In this document: positions 49,165-62,754 of the stretch, in pieces
Position numbering within the stretch: position 1 is the first letter of the stretch
How the letters are laid out: the number at the start of each line of letters is the position of its first letter
Source: the human T2T-CHM13v2.0 reference genome, Homo sapiens
Direction: 5' to 3' (one strand)
Assembly: GCF_009914755.1 (NCBI RefSeq)
Contig: NC_060944.1
Length of the DNA: 64,000 nt
Made by a program: the position numbers and the translations under genes
The notes under the pieces: generated by a model
What the model was told of the DNA's origin: nothing
The model's database searches: none
Seen by the model: only the letters and a program-made list of their open reading frames with translations

Positions 49165-50483
49165 GAATTAGGTGTTCAACATCTCCAGCTCCAACAGGGT
49201 CTTATGATTTCCATTCATCTTTGTAATCTCATTCTTTTCCAATCAGTGTCCTCACTTTAACATTCCACACTCTGCAAGGCTGTGAGTTTAACTAATTTTG
49301 TTATTCATTCAGTCATAGAATGAGATTCTGGGTTGGTTTCAGTAGTCTCAGCCCTGCAGGTACAGGAAATGAGGACCTCCTTCAGGGCATAAATAGAAAT
49401 TTACAGGTAATTCATGCAGAACTTGAGTTGAGAATTTGAATCCTTGTCTCATTTTGTTTTCCTACTTTGTCCTGCAACATTAGAAGCAAACAGCAAATCT
49501 CATTATATTCATTAGTTTGACAAAAATGTTCAAAAGTATCACATACATAATACCCCGGGTCCCTGTTTCTTATAAGTGGTTGATTAGGAGTATTCAATGG
49601 TGATAATTTTGCATATCTTTTTTCAAATCATGTCATATTCTATCAGTGCTGTCTTTACTATTGGAAACAGAGTCATCAGCATCTTTAAATCTAATCAGAT
49701 TAAAGAGGAAATTCTAAAAACTAGAGACCCAATTTAGAAGACTCATCTTTAAAATTATGTTCCTTTAGAACCTCTCTTGGTACCAAAATCTGCATTCGGG
49801 TTTTTAGGTCTTTCAGAGAAATAGAAGCAGTTGGCAAGCTGGAGAAACAGTACAGGCAATGGTACAGTTACATTCCAAATGTTAGTATACTCAAGACCTA
49901 GAAAGATCCAACGTTTCAGTTCGATTCTGAAAGCAGGAAGAAAAATAATCAATGTTATAGATTGAAGACAGTCAAACAGGAAGAGTTCTCACTTATTCAC
50001 AGGAAGGTCAGCCTTTTTGTGATATTCAGGCCTTCAACAGACTGGATGAGCACTCCCTGCCTCCCGCCGCCCCACCCCACATTAGGGAGGGCTATCTTCT
50101 TTAACTCTATCTGCCAACTCATGTGTTAAACTTATTCAGAAATGCCCTCGCAGACATACACAGAATAATATTTGATCAAATATCTGAATACCTCATGGCT
50201 CTGTCAAGTTAATACACAAAATAAAACATCACAACATCTTATATGTACTATGCATTGTACTAAGCATTAGGCACACTGATGTGGATAGAACACAGTTCCT
50301 TGTGTTCCAAAAGGTCACACTCACTGGGCAGAAACAGATATATGTATGATTCAGTATCATGAAAGTCACAAAGTTCTCCTTGAGAATACATTCTCTTTGG
50401 AGGGCTAGTGGTATGCTTCACAGAACATGCAGCATTTGAAAATGAACAATAAGGGACTTGATTGAAAATGATATTAATACCAT

Positions 50484-50870
50484 GTGTCTTATCTTGGCTT
50501 CTCCAAGAGCAGACCCTTAGATAAGCATTCAAGTGCAAGACGTTAATTTAGAAAGTTCCAGAAACACCAATGGTAGAGTAAGGAAGTGAGACGAGGAAGA
50601 TGAGGAAGCCACTGTAGAGTGAATTACTAAACTACTCTGGGCAATTGAAGCTTAATCACTGAGGGAATACAGAAAAAAGTGTTGACTATACTCCTCAAGT
50701 TTGTTGTTTCTCAGGAGTAAAGAAGTGTATTTTGTATATCAACACTCAGTCATTCATTGAGAGCTACTTCTATAGTAAGTGTTAATCTCTTGGTATTCCT
50801 GCCTTTCCATGTGCAAAGCAGAGGGGACTCTGGTGGCTAGACAAAGCTCCCAGGCAAAGAGATGCAAGGA
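50484..50870 (-). mobile_element. LTR16/LTR33-family ERVL LTR
   Basis: gcagacccttagataagcattcaagtgcaag; ggaagtgagac; gggcaattgaagcttaatc. Confidence 0.65.
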
Positions 50871-51560
50871 TTAATATTTGTTACTCAGATTTGCAAACTG
50901 TGAAATGGCAAAGCCTGGGGAATCGGGAAGAATTCCCAACAGCATTCCTTACAACAAAGCTGGGTATTAGGATTTTGTTCAGTAGATATTGGAGTTCCAT
51001 TAAAGGTTGTTGAATGTAGGTTAAACAGAAAGTAAAAGATAGCGAAGGAAAAAATTGGCACCAGTAGCTCAGAGACAACCTGATATTTCATTTCTCTCAC
51101 CTTTCACCTATGGCCATTCATTTCACTTTTTTTTTTTTCTATCTCATGAGCTTTTTTTTTTTTTTTTTTTTTTTTACCAACACTATTTGGACACTGAAAC
51201 CATGATCTCACCTAGATATTTACTTTTGTTTCACAGTTGTCATTGAAAGTCCCTGTACCTAGCTGTTAGCCATTGTCCTAACATGTTTAACTGTGAACTT
51301 CAGCAAGGCCCACATTTTAAATTTCAAGTCTTGTCTGGAACCATATTAGGACCTTTATAATTTGAGTTCATACTTCCTTTCTTTTGCCACACTAGCCACA
51401 CGAAATAACCTTACATAACCCCTCCATTCCAGCCACACTAATCTTCTCTTCATTTTTCTTACTGTATATCCATTCATGCCATAGTGACTTTGTACATATT
51501 CTTCTCTTTGCCTGAAAATTAGGTCTCTGGTTTTTCAAATAGTTATGTCTTCAAGTACTC

Positions 51561-51562
<2 letters not shown>

Positions 51563-51595
<33 letters not shown>

Positions 51596-51705
51596 ATGTA
51601 TGTGTGTGCATGTATATATTGATTATATAAAATACATATGTACATATATAATATATATTGCGTGTGTGTATATATATAATATATATTATAAATATATATG
51701 CATAT
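51563..51705. repeat. (CA)n plus (TA/TG)-rich low-complexity tract
   Basis: Directly visible. Confidence 0.85.
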
Positions 51706-52049
51706 TATGTGGTACATGCAAAAAATACTTGCTTAATGAAGAGCACAGGAGAAAATAACAGCTTTCAAAAGAGAGATAATGAGTCCAGGATTACCCCTCT
51801 TGATCTTGAAGGGAGTGTGTACATAAAGGGAGTATCCACAAAGAGGTGGACAGCAAGCTTTGGTAAGTGGTGTTTGGTACCAGGAGGGGAGTGGAGAGTT
51901 GTAGCAGCATGCCTTTATTTGAATCTGATTCTGAAAAAGAACACATGATTTAAATACAAGCACATTAGTCTTCTTTCCTTCTGCCCCCCACACCTTTTTC
52001 TTCTAGAAAACATACAGGATTACTCGCAAGACAAATAAAACCACATACG

Positions 52050-52366
52050 GGCTGGGTGCCGTGGCTCACACCTGTAATCCCAGCACTTTGGCAGGCCAAG
52101 GCGGGTGGATTGCTTTAGTCCAGAAGTTAGAGAACAGCCTGAGCAACATAGTGAAACCCTGTCTCTACAAAAAAAATACAAAAACTAGCTGGGCGTGCTG
52201 GCATGCCCCTGTAGTCCCAGCTACTCAGGGGGCTGAGGTGGGAGAATTGCTTGAGCCCAGGAGGCAGAGGTTGCAGTTAGTCCACTGCACTCCAGCCTGG
52301 GTGACAGGGTGAGACCCTGTCACAAACAAACAAACAAAACAAAACAACAACAACAAAAAACACACA
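52050..52366 (+). mobile_element. AluJ (Jb-like)
   Basis: ggctgggtgccgtggctcacacctgtaatcccagc; (CAAA)n tail; degenerate TSD aaaaccacatacg / aaaactcacgtatg. Confidence 0.95.
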
Positions 52367-54173
52367 AAAACTCACGTATGGCAGGACATCTTCAAAGTGT
52401 AGTAATTAGAAAGCAAGTACGAGATCTTAAAATTCAAACTATAGAAAGACTCTTTACTTGCCCCTCTGGATTCTTCCATATTCAAGCAGGACCAGTTTGA
52501 AAAAGCAATAAAGATTCTACCTTCCTTTTTTTCCCCCTTCATTTCCATTGACATTCCACATGGATCTTGCTCTTAAATCCCTGCTTACTCATAAGTCATA
52601 GGTCAAATTTTTGGGGGGTAACCTAAGTGTATGCATTTCTGTAATTATGGAAGATTCACATGGAATGGTTTCCCTATAAATCAGAGTAACCATGTCAGGC
52701 AATCTTGAAGAAAAGTGCTATTGTATGATTAATAAATTGCTTATGCACATGTCTACTATCTTATGAACCAGAATGAGATTCAACATTTCTTAAAAGGAAG
52801 CTTTTTGAATTTTATGTCTTGTCTCACAGAAGTAGCCTTTCTTTCTTCAGCAACACAGCCACCACCGAGCTTCACAATGAGCAAACCACACACCAATTTT
52901 CTTATGTTCTTATAAGTCATGCCAGAAACAGAATCCATATCCAGTCATTTAGTACAGTTGTTAGTTTTATCTATCTGATTTGGATGTATCCACATTTCAA
53001 GTTAAAGAAACTGCCTTCTAGGTCAAAATGTGCTGGCATGTAAATGTGCTGAACCAAACATATGATTTTCAGAGACAAATATAAATAACAGTACATGTAT
53101 TTTTGTTGCTCTTATGGCCAGCGAAGAACTCTGGTCTTAGAAAACTACCTAGATCACAGATTCCAGCATGAAAAGACATCTGGAAACTGATGGGACACAC
53201 TCTGAAGAGGAACAATAAATTATTTAGCCTAACCAACAGCAACGTCCCCAGAAGCAAAACTATACAGAAATAGACTTCTCCACTGGAAGGACATATGGAA
53301 ATCAGGAATCAAGGCAGGAGGTGCCTCTGATGAAAAGGATGTGGGAGTCTTCGGCTCACTGATAACTGTGAGAAGATGTCATAAAGATGGTTTTATAGGA
53401 AAAAGAACCATTCTCTGTTTCCGCCACAGCCATGAGGGCCGGTCATTTGGCTTGAATTTCAAAGGCTACACACAATTCTTTAGAAATGCAGGGAGAAACT
53501 TTGCTAAATAAGGGTCAAGTATGCTCAGTCAGAATGCATGTGTAGTATCAGGAGCAAATGTTGGAAGCTACTTTATCCTATCACATAAGAATGATGAAAC
53601 TATTAAGAATATCTCTGTTTGAATGCAGTTATAGTCTCTTAATGTAAGAATTTTCACACGGCATATGTTACTCAATGGTTTATCAGTTTCAACACTTTTC
53701 CAGCAAGGATGAACTTTTTCTTCTATTTTATTATAAGGGAAGCAAACTTTTAAAAAATATTTAGTTTTTTGCACAATTTTCATCCCCAAGGAACAAAAAT
53801 CTAAAAAAAACAATCCTAAACAAAAATCTTTCAGTGATTTTTGCTTAGGACTACAATATTGATTACTGAGTAACTAGATGAACACTAGTGTAGTTTTCAT
53901 ACCTCTTACATTTTAAAAAAGCTAATGAACATTTCATACCACTGTCAGATAGTCTATCTGCATAAGCAGCTATTCCACTTACTAGTAGTTTAAAGTTTTT
54001 AATCCACTAGCAACATAAGATAATGGTATTCTTGATTTAAAATGTAATAAAAATATAGCACCCTCATACTCTGCTTTCATTACTTGTGAATATCTAATCC
54101 ACCAAATATTTTGAGATTTCCAGTGTGTGAACACTCAAAACCAGCTTAGTGGCTACCCCTGAGCTTCCCAACC

Positions 54174-54337
54174 AATGCAGCAAACCAATCAATTTGACTT
54201 GTATTGTTTCCTGAATTGACCAGTTATTTGTTTGACATCATTGGACAACTAAGGTAAAATGCAGCAAACCAATCAATTTGACTTGTATTGTTTCCTGAAT
54301 TGACCATTTGTTTGACATCATTGGACAACTAAGGTAA
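54174..54337. repeat. Near-perfect tandem duplication (84 bp + 80 bp)
   Basis: 54174-54257 equals 54258-54337 apart from a 4-bp indel. Confidence 0.97.
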
Positions 54338-56920
54338 AAGTTGAATTACTGTGCATATAACATAAAATCTGGGTGTGCACTGGCAGCTTATATACCACGT
54401 TCCCCAACAATCTGACACTTACTTTTATTGCCCCAATTTGGATCATTTCCATTTCATTTCTGCTTTAGGTGAAGGGACTGTATTGACACAGAAGTTCACA
54501 TTTAGTATCTTACATTCACTGAGTATCCACAATGTCCTAGGCATTTTGCTGGATCTGTGAGGTGGTGAACTAAAAGCAACCAGGACCACACACTCATTTC
54601 TAAAGAATTCTCTCTCTCAGCCATCCCTGTCTTTTGGCCATCCTCTGCTTCACGACAGAAGAATTGTTCTTCTTATTTGAGTATACAACCCTGGTCTTCC
54701 TTAGTCACTTACTGGTCAGACTGTTCCCCTGCAGAACCAGCCCCTGCTAAATTGATATGATCTGCAGCACTGTAAAATCCAATGTCCCACTTGCTCCTTT
54801 GCTGCACATCATGCCCCCTAGCCTGACAATGAGGAACCATAAGCTGCAGAAAAGCTGCTTTCCTGACAGACATTAGAAGGGGATATTTGTGTGTAGTTCA
54901 ATAAATGCCATCTTTTCACACCAATATTTTAATTATTGCCTTTGTAAATATTATGGAGGTTATGCTGTCATCAATGGCACCATAGAGCCATAGAGAGACA
55001 TCTGGGAAATGCTGAGCAGAAAGAGCTCCTAAGAATCAGTTCCTTCTTCTCCCTTATTTTTTCATGCAAAGAACTCAGTTACCCAGTTGTTAAGTGTCTT
55101 TGTTCACATAGTGCTTACTTGGGTATCTAAAATGAGTGAAAAAAGAAGAGATAAAATCTAAGCATAACTTATATCTGAAGTCTAATTCATTATTATAAAA
55201 ATGCAAGTTTAATTACAGTGATAAATTATTATTATTCTAAAGGGTCATGTCTCCTTATATTCCTTCAATTACTTTACTTAGAAAAATAACTATAATTTCT
55301 TCTTTCAAATACCAAAATTAACAAAAATACTACTAATTATCTGGGAACCAGGAAGAAAAGAGACTAGAGCACACTCACCCATGAGCACGTGCGGTTAACA
55401 TATTTTTAGCATTTATAAGGAAGCAAGTTTTTTTTCTTGGACAAAAGAGTCTGTATGATATAATCTGTTTCCACTTTTTGAGTAAAAATATTCAGTTTTA
55501 AACACTTTTACCTTCTTCCTATTTCTAAAATTGTCCTAAGGCAATGTGATTTTTGTAAAATGGCCTAATGGCTGAAAATCATTTACTGCCAATGCCTAAT
55601 TTGAAACCTGATGTTCTAGAGAAATGTGTGGCCTTAACCATGCCAGAATGTCTCATTTTATGTTTAAATGGTCACAGATTTAATAATGGGCTGCAAAATA
55701 AAAGATTGCATTTAACTACATCCTTTACTTTTCAAGCACTCATCCAAGTATGCACAAACACAAGGGCATGCCATACGCTTTCAATCCATAAGCATCATGG
55801 GAAAGGCCCACTCTAGGCTCTGTACACATTAACAAATTATGTCCCATTGGGTCAATGCAAAAATTAATTGTGGGATTCTTTTCAAATCCACATTGTTTCC
55901 TGGCCCTGTTGCAGGCCACTCAATTAGACACGTCTCAAGGCCTTTGTGCTGGACTAAACACAGCTAATTGTTCCATTTCTGCATGGAGTGATTCATCTCC
56001 CAGATATCTCAGACCTTTCAGCAGCTCTGCTTCACCAATATCTGGACATATGAAAACAGAGGCATTTGGGATTTGGGCAGAGGGGAAAGATTGGGAAGCA
56101 AATAGAGCAGGGTATTCTTTACCCCTGCCCTTTGGTATGATTAATCTTCAGTGAGAAAGGACTCCTGAATCATTCTCTTGACAGGACAGCCCCCTTGCCC
56201 TATCTGGCTCCCCATGTGAGGAGCGATGGATGAATGCTTCCTTTTTTCCCTTCCTCCAGGTGCAGGCCTATTCACACTTGAGCCTGACAGCACATAATAG
56301 AACAGTTTCTACTTGCCCATTGCCTCGGTTCTCTGTATTCTCTCCCCAATGTTTCTCATTTGTCCACATCCTAGTGACAGAGCCAGTCAAACTGAAAATA
56401 CATGAAAACCCAAAGGCAGTCATTTATTTTCTTGAAGCACTGATGTGTGTGCATGCATGTGTGTGCATGCATGTGTGTGTGTTCTTACAAGAAGCATATC
56501 TTCAGAGTAAATCTATGGAGAAAGATTCTTATATCTCTTACATATGTAAACTACTGGGTTAGCTTGAGTGTTTGACTTTGACTTTGACTTTGAATTTTTG
56601 CTTTGGCTTGGCATTTTCTCTTCAACTCTCTCCTTTACCCAGAGAAAATAGTGTTATTCATTCATTGTAACAATTGAGTATATAATAATGGATGTTTTGA
56701 AATAGAGAGAGGTGTCCAGACCCTCTATCTTTGTGGTACCAATCACATGTAAAGGAACCAATAATTTATTATGATTTAGTTTCAAATTGAACACAGGAAG
56801 ACAAAAATCTTCTGATTTAAAATGAGATGAAAAATTGGTACCTACAAAAATGTTTTAACTTTATATGCATCCATGTATAGATTTAGGTTGTTCCCTACTC
56901 AAAATAATTAAGCTAAACAT

Positions 56921-57365
56921 TGGTCTCAGTTTGAGATTTCTGAAAACAGACATTTAGACTGGGGTGTGAGTATATAGAGTTTAATTTGGAAGTGATTGCA
57001 GAAAGAGAGTTAGGAATAATTCAATGAAGAGAAGAAAGTCAAAATATATAAAGGATATATTATCAAACAAGTTACCACTGTGGGCAGCTGCAGCTCAATC
57101 CCAATGGGGAACTTCAAGAAGCTGTAGAAAACATGCAACTCAAGAGTTGTTCCCTCTGTGGAGCAAGAAATCTGGAATATTTATACACTAACATCCGTCA
57201 GTCAATAGGTGAGGACTACTCTCAAGAAATGTAATTAAACCAGTGTACCCAAGCAATATAGACTCTCATCATCAAACAGTGTTTAGGCAAATTGATGGAG
57301 ATGCAGCTGTTGAAGGACTGCTGGGGAGCACTAGGATGGCAGGGCACCAGCAATGTCTGCTCCAC
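56921..57365 (-). mobile_element. LTR16/LTR33-family ERVL LTR
   Basis: caagttaccactgtgggcagctgcagctcaatcccaatggggaact; ends gggcaccagcaatgtctgctcca. Confidence 0.7.
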
Positions 57366-57629
57366 CATTGCACTTTCTGGAACTTCAACAAGAACGATCA
57401 CTGGTTTTAAGCTAACCTTTGAAACCCTGCACTGATGTAGCATCTGTGGGAATCCCTGGCTTTGAAATATAAGGCGTACTTGACTTTTAATTTTCTCATA
57501 TTCATGTTTCTGACTGCCTTTCTGTGTCCTTTCTTAACTAGACTTCAGATATCTGCATGGCTAATCAGCCTGAGATCATAACTCTAGCAGAACCTAGTTG
57601 TCTGTTGATTATCGAAAGTTTGGTGCAAG

Positions 57630-58465
57630 TATTTTTTTCCCAAACCATTTGAGAGTAAAATGCTAACCTGATTCCCCCACACTTTCAAATATTTTAGTGT
57701 ATTTTATACAAACAAGGACATTCTCTTAACCATGTATCATAATCACAACATATCCATCAAATCAGGAAATTAACATTGATGCATTTCTATCATCTAATCC
57801 TGAGATCCCATCTGAGTTTTACAACTTGTCTCAGTAACAAACTTTATAGCAAGATAATTCATTTCAGAATTACACGTTGCATTGTGATTGTCATATTTCT
57901 TTAATCTTTTTCAATCTGTACAAGTTTCTCAATCATTTTTTTTAAACTTTTTTAAACCTTGACACTTATGTTGTAGAATGCCCTTTAATTTGGGTTTAGA
58001 TTTGTCCTGTTTATCCTCATGATGATATTTAAGTCAAATATTCCTGGCAGAAATATCACAGAGCTAATACTGTATTCTGCTCATTACTTCATAATCAATG
58101 GATAATTTTGATTTATCTCATTACTGGTAATGTTAACCTTGATCATTTGGTTGAAGTGGTCTCTGGCAGCCTTTCCCACTGTCAGGTTACTATTTTCACT
58201 TTTGCAATTAAGAAATATTTTGAGAGGAAATACTTCGAGCCTATGTAAATAACTCACCAGTCATAAAACTTTCAATTATTTATCAGTGTATGTATTTATA
58301 CACATCAGGGTATTCTCATGGATTCCTGCTTGATTCATTGATTCATTGTCTTTACTATCTTATATATTCTGATGGTCAACTTGTCTCAGCTTTGGCCGGT
58401 AGGAACCCCTTGTGGCTAGCTTGTTCATTCTTTTGACATATCCCTATGTCTTTGAGCACTCCCTA
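57630..58465 (-). mobile_element. L1MC4-like 3' region
   Basis: aaccatttgagagtaa; aacaaggacattctctta; aaatcaggaaattaacattgat; taaccttgatcatttggttgaagtgg. Confidence 0.75.
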
Positions 58466-60613
58466 GGAAGACTTTAACATTGAGCAGCTCACCAAATAAT
58501 ATTCCACTATGATAAAGCAAAAAATAGTGTTCACCCTATCTCCATTGCCACCAAGAAGAGCACAGTGAGGAGAAAACCCAAATATAAGACATGAGTGGTT
58601 TGATTGAGCCAAAAGACAGCTTCTGTCATAGCGCTACACATTGGCATGGAAATCTCCCACATTGAACATCTTGAAGCAGTGAATAGATTCTAATCTTTCT
58701 GGAGTTACTTAGATGTGGAATTTGCTTTGACTACTTTGAATCAAAGATCCCAAGATATTATATCAATAGCTTGTAAATTGTGATTTAAGCTGCAAACTAA
58801 TATTTTTTCTTATAAACAACCAACTTTGGAAAAATAAAAAAAGAATAAATTAATTGTATCAACATTTATATCTTCAAAATAGTCTGCTAGGGAGAAGGAT
58901 CTCATTGTATTTGGACTGGCAGACCCAGGGATACCAAAACCCGTTCCTGTTTATGATTTACTTTCCAAGGGATCTTGAGGTTACCAACAGAAGTAAGTGC
59001 ACATTGGTCAAAAGCCAATGGAAAACAAGAGCATGTTTTCATCAACTCAGTGCTTAAGACCTACCAGCAAAAAGGTTTGACAAAACTGAATCTCCCTCTT
59101 TCACCTCTAATCCCAAGTCTTAACAGTTACCAGTTGGTCACATGGTACAAGCAGTGGTCAGCACAATGTGAGCATAAAGAGAGTAAAGAAAGCAAGCTTC
59201 CTGGGCGTCAACAGCTATTGCTCCTTTCACGTGGAGTGAGTGAGAAAAGAAACAGAGTTCCTACTTAACCCTTGGCCACCCTGCCATTCATAACTGGGTC
59301 CAGGTGAATGTCCTGAGCTCAGCATTATGATTAGCAAATCTTTCTCATCCTCTTGGGAGGAGACGGTAGTAATGAACTGAGAGGTAGACACAGAGTTCTT
59401 TCTTTCCTACATATTTATTGTAATAGGATCTAAAGGCATTCTCAGCATGGCTCATTCAAGGATCCTGCCTTTAATGGAGGAAAATTAGTTCCACAAATAA
59501 AACACAAAATAGAAAGTGTGAAATTATATGTAAAATGCACAGAAATAGGCAAATGATAATGTATTAATGGATTTCTTTAAAACATTATTTGAATTTAAAG
59601 AGTTTAAGGCGTGAGATTTTTTTCATACTGAGCTTCCCTACATGTAGAGTTGGAAGGTTGTCTCAGGTCATTACACAAAATCCAATTCTAAACAGGTGCT
59701 TAGGGTCACGGGTTCAGTTCATTCACTGAACGTACTTCCTTTGGACTCAGTCAACTAAACCCAATGCAGGAGAGAACTTAATAAAAGAAAGGAAACCCTA
59801 CCAGGGCTTGCTACAAGGATCTCAGGGTTTTAAATCTATTGTTTGGTCTCCGTATGCCTTCAGGTTAACCATATGTAAACAATTGCTACTTTTAACACCA
59901 GAAGCAGGTTACCTTTCAGAGGTGGACTTATTCCTTGGCCATAAAGTTTATAAGTCTACCAGCTAAGTTTATGAAGTGCTCAGGCATCTTTTGGAAATGA
60001 AATGTGCTGGGTAGTGGCAAGGGCTCTAAGGTGAGAAGGAAAGGAAACTCAGCCAAGGAACCTAAGTCTCATTAGCTCATACATGGCTATTGCAATGAAA
60101 TTATACACATTCTAAGAGAATTAAGACTGATTTGCAGCACTGAAATGCCCGTGAGCTGGTTAAAGCATACAGCCATTACCTGCTCTGCTTCTGAAGGTTA
60201 CTAAGCATAGGAAAGCCCAAAGAAAGGCTGGATGAAGTAAAAACAAGTCCTTTTTGACTGTAATGAGTCTTGTTCCTGCTGTAGACTTCAGGCAATCCCT
60301 CAGTGGATGGTTTTTCCCTTGAGGTTAGTGGGGGTTCTATCAAGACTTGGAGGATTTGAATCAAATTTCCTCATTTTTCAGCATTTTGATCAGAGTTTTT
60401 ACTTTCTCTGAGTGTGATTATGTCTGCATTAACTCCAGAATGAAGTAAGACTTTCCTTTTTTTAGTCACCTGTCCTACTGGAAGCTTCTATTCCCTTTAA
60501 AGGAGAATCGGATACTACTTTCTTTCGAGGTAGGGAAGTTAGTTTTGCTACATAATATATTACACACAAATGGCTGACTCAAATTTAAACATTTTAATTT
60601 TCTTAGGACACTG

Positions 60614-60985
60614 GGTTATAGACTCAATATGCCCCGTCTCAGCCCAAAAATTCAAGTGTTGAAGATTAATCCTAATTTTTATGGTATTTGGAGGAAGGCT
60701 TTTGGGAGGTGATTAGGTCATAAGAGTGGAGCCCTCCCAGATAGAATTAGTGCCCTTATAAAAGAGATCTCAGAGAGGTCACTCACCCCTCCCACCATGT
60801 GAGTACCCAGACAATGAGAAGACAATTGTCTATGGACCAGGAAATGGGTCCTCACCAGACAAGAAATCTGCTGTCACTGTGACCTTAGACTTTGTAGCCT
60901 ACAGAACTGTGATAAATAAATATTTGTTGATTAATCCACCCAATCTATAATATTTTTGTTACAGCAGCCAGAACAGACTGAGACA
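60614..60985 (+). mobile_element. MLT1A0-like solo LTR
   Basis: tttgggaggtgattaggtcataagagtggagccctc..attagtgcccttataaaagag...gcagccagaacagactgagaca. Confidence 0.88.
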
Positions 60986-61452
60986 TACTGTAAGTTGGCA
61001 CTTTGGGCTGGGCTTATGTAGGATTGCTTATCTCTGCTCCATAAGGTGTTGTTAGAGTGTATCCATTTGTTTGTTGTCAGTTGGTGGCTGAAGGTTTCAT
61101 TTATATGCTTTGTGGTTGGATAGCTGGCTATAGGGACAAGGCAGTAACTGGACCATATATGGCTCATTGTCTAGCAGACTAGCTGATGCTCATTTTTGTG
61201 GTGGTAGTCAGAGTTCCTCAGAGTTGGAAGAGAAAAGCAGCTCCAGTATTCAAGCACATTTCCAGCCTCTGCTTACATCAGATTTTCTAATGTCCCACTG
61301 GCCAACACTATATCACATGACTAAATCTAGATTAAAAAATAAAGAAATAAACTCCACTCCTTGATGGGATGAACTGCAAAGTCTCATTGAAAAAAAAAAC
61401 GCATAGATTCAGGAAGAGAAAGCATTTGTGCTCTGTTTTGCAATTAACCATA
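60986..61452 (-). mobile_element. Old MLT1 MaLR LTR (probably begins ~60530 and is split by the MLT1A0)
   Basis: tttgggctgggct; cagcctctgcttacatca..ctaatgtcccactggccaa; cttgatgggatgaactgcaaagtc. Confidence 0.7.
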
Positions 61453-61819
61453 TGAGGCAAAAAAATGAAAAGAAAGCTGAATACATTCCTGCTGTAAGTG
61501 CATTCAGTTCTGCTTATTGAGGAGAAAGTGTTGAGTCTTTCATAGTGTGATATTTTTATTTAAAATTTCCCTTTCACAGTATGTGCACATTAATGAAGTA
61601 CAGTTATTTCCAGAAAAATATGCTTATTATACCCCTTAAAATAAAATAAAAATAAAAATAAAGAAAATAAAATAAAAAGGTAAATAAAACAATTTCAACT
61701 AGATTTTTTTCTCCTTTTTTTCTTCCTTTCAGACTTTCCTATAAAGCAAAATGAAACATGTGGTGAACCTATTCACACTTTCTCACATTTAGTAAATAAC
61801 TTCATACATTTATTTTTCT

Positions 61820-62050
61820 TTGTAAAGTAAAATTATATTCATTCCAATTCTGCCACTTACCAGCTGTGTGGCTTTGGCAAGTTACTTAAACCATTTATGC
61901 CTCAGTTTCCTTATCATTAAAATGGGAATAATAAAAGTTCCTCCCTCAAAAGTTATAATAAGAATTAAAAGAGTTATTACTTTTAAGTATGTTAAACAGT
62001 GCCTGAAATACAGCTATGGTTAAACCACTGTTGTATAAGTGTTTGTTAAC
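61820..62050 (+). mobile_element. MIR SINE
   Basis: tctgccacttaccagctgtgtggctttggcaagttacttaaacc..tgcctcagtttccttatcattaaaatgggaataat. Confidence 0.9.
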
Positions 62051-62754
62051 CAAAAACAAAATTTGGGGTTTATTATGACCATGTTACCCAAGGCTACAGT
62101 CATAACCAAGACTATCTCAATTTTAGGGACAAATTTATTTTCATTTATGAAAATAATTTAGGCAGACTGTACCATCATTTGCCCATTCTTAGTTTTTCAT
62201 TGTTAACATGGGGGCAATGTTGTTTAGATATAACAACAGTAATAATATCAGCTCCCCCACCTTGGAGAATGTCTTCTTACATTTAAAGCACTTTTCCACA
62301 TATTTTATTTGATTCTTGCAGTGGGACATGAGGAGATTTACAACAGCAGTATTTGAGGTATGTTTCAAAATACCCGCCTTAGCGCAGAACGAACTGAGAG
62401 GGAAAGCAAAGGGAAAGGAAAGAATTAATTTTTCATCTTTTGGGGACCTAATAGCCATGCTCCTTGGAAAACTGCCAGCATGTTTTTCAGGAAGTCTGAA
62501 AACAGCAGCTTCACTTGTGAAAATCAGGAGGAAGGCACAATAATCGGAAACAATCACACTTCAGATAAAATTCATGACTTATGAGATAAGCATTATAAAA
62601 AGAAGGAAATTACCGCAAATTTTTTATGACCATAAAAAGCCCACATTGGGAGTAGCTAAATTAAATTTATATTAGCAAAAAAAGGTGTCCTCGATACTTT
62701 CTAATTGATACATTCTAGTTGAGAATTTCAGACCTCTGATAGATTTCACCAATT

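Larger units (their letters stand above)
40278..50233 (-). mobile_element. Near-complete ERVL provirus (MLT2-type LTRs; gag-pro-pol-dUTPase, no env), heavily degenerate, with nested insertions
   Basis: LTRs 40278-40940 and ~49791-50233; PBS-like tggtaccaagagagg on the minus strand at ~49771-49785; purine tract next to 40940; RT peptide IWPVQEIDEPWKMTVDYGKLNKVVTP (45109-45291); TSD-like aaatc/acatc. Confidence 0.88.

Noticed and set aside
52061-52312. Alu-like ORFs (also 16444-16707, 37148-37336, 41351-41596)
   Set aside because: Translations of Alu/THE1 sequence.
54174-54337. Direct repeats considered as CRISPR-like
   Set aside because: Only two adjacent copies with no spacers, in primate DNA with no cas genes.
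56570-56594. (TTTGAC)x4 repeat resembling nuclear-receptor half sites
   Set aside because: Short simple repeat with no supporting context.
61700-61740. Strong acceptor-like tracts (ending 61732; also 56259)
   Set aside because: No matching donor or coding frame downstream that I can support; such tracts are common by chance.
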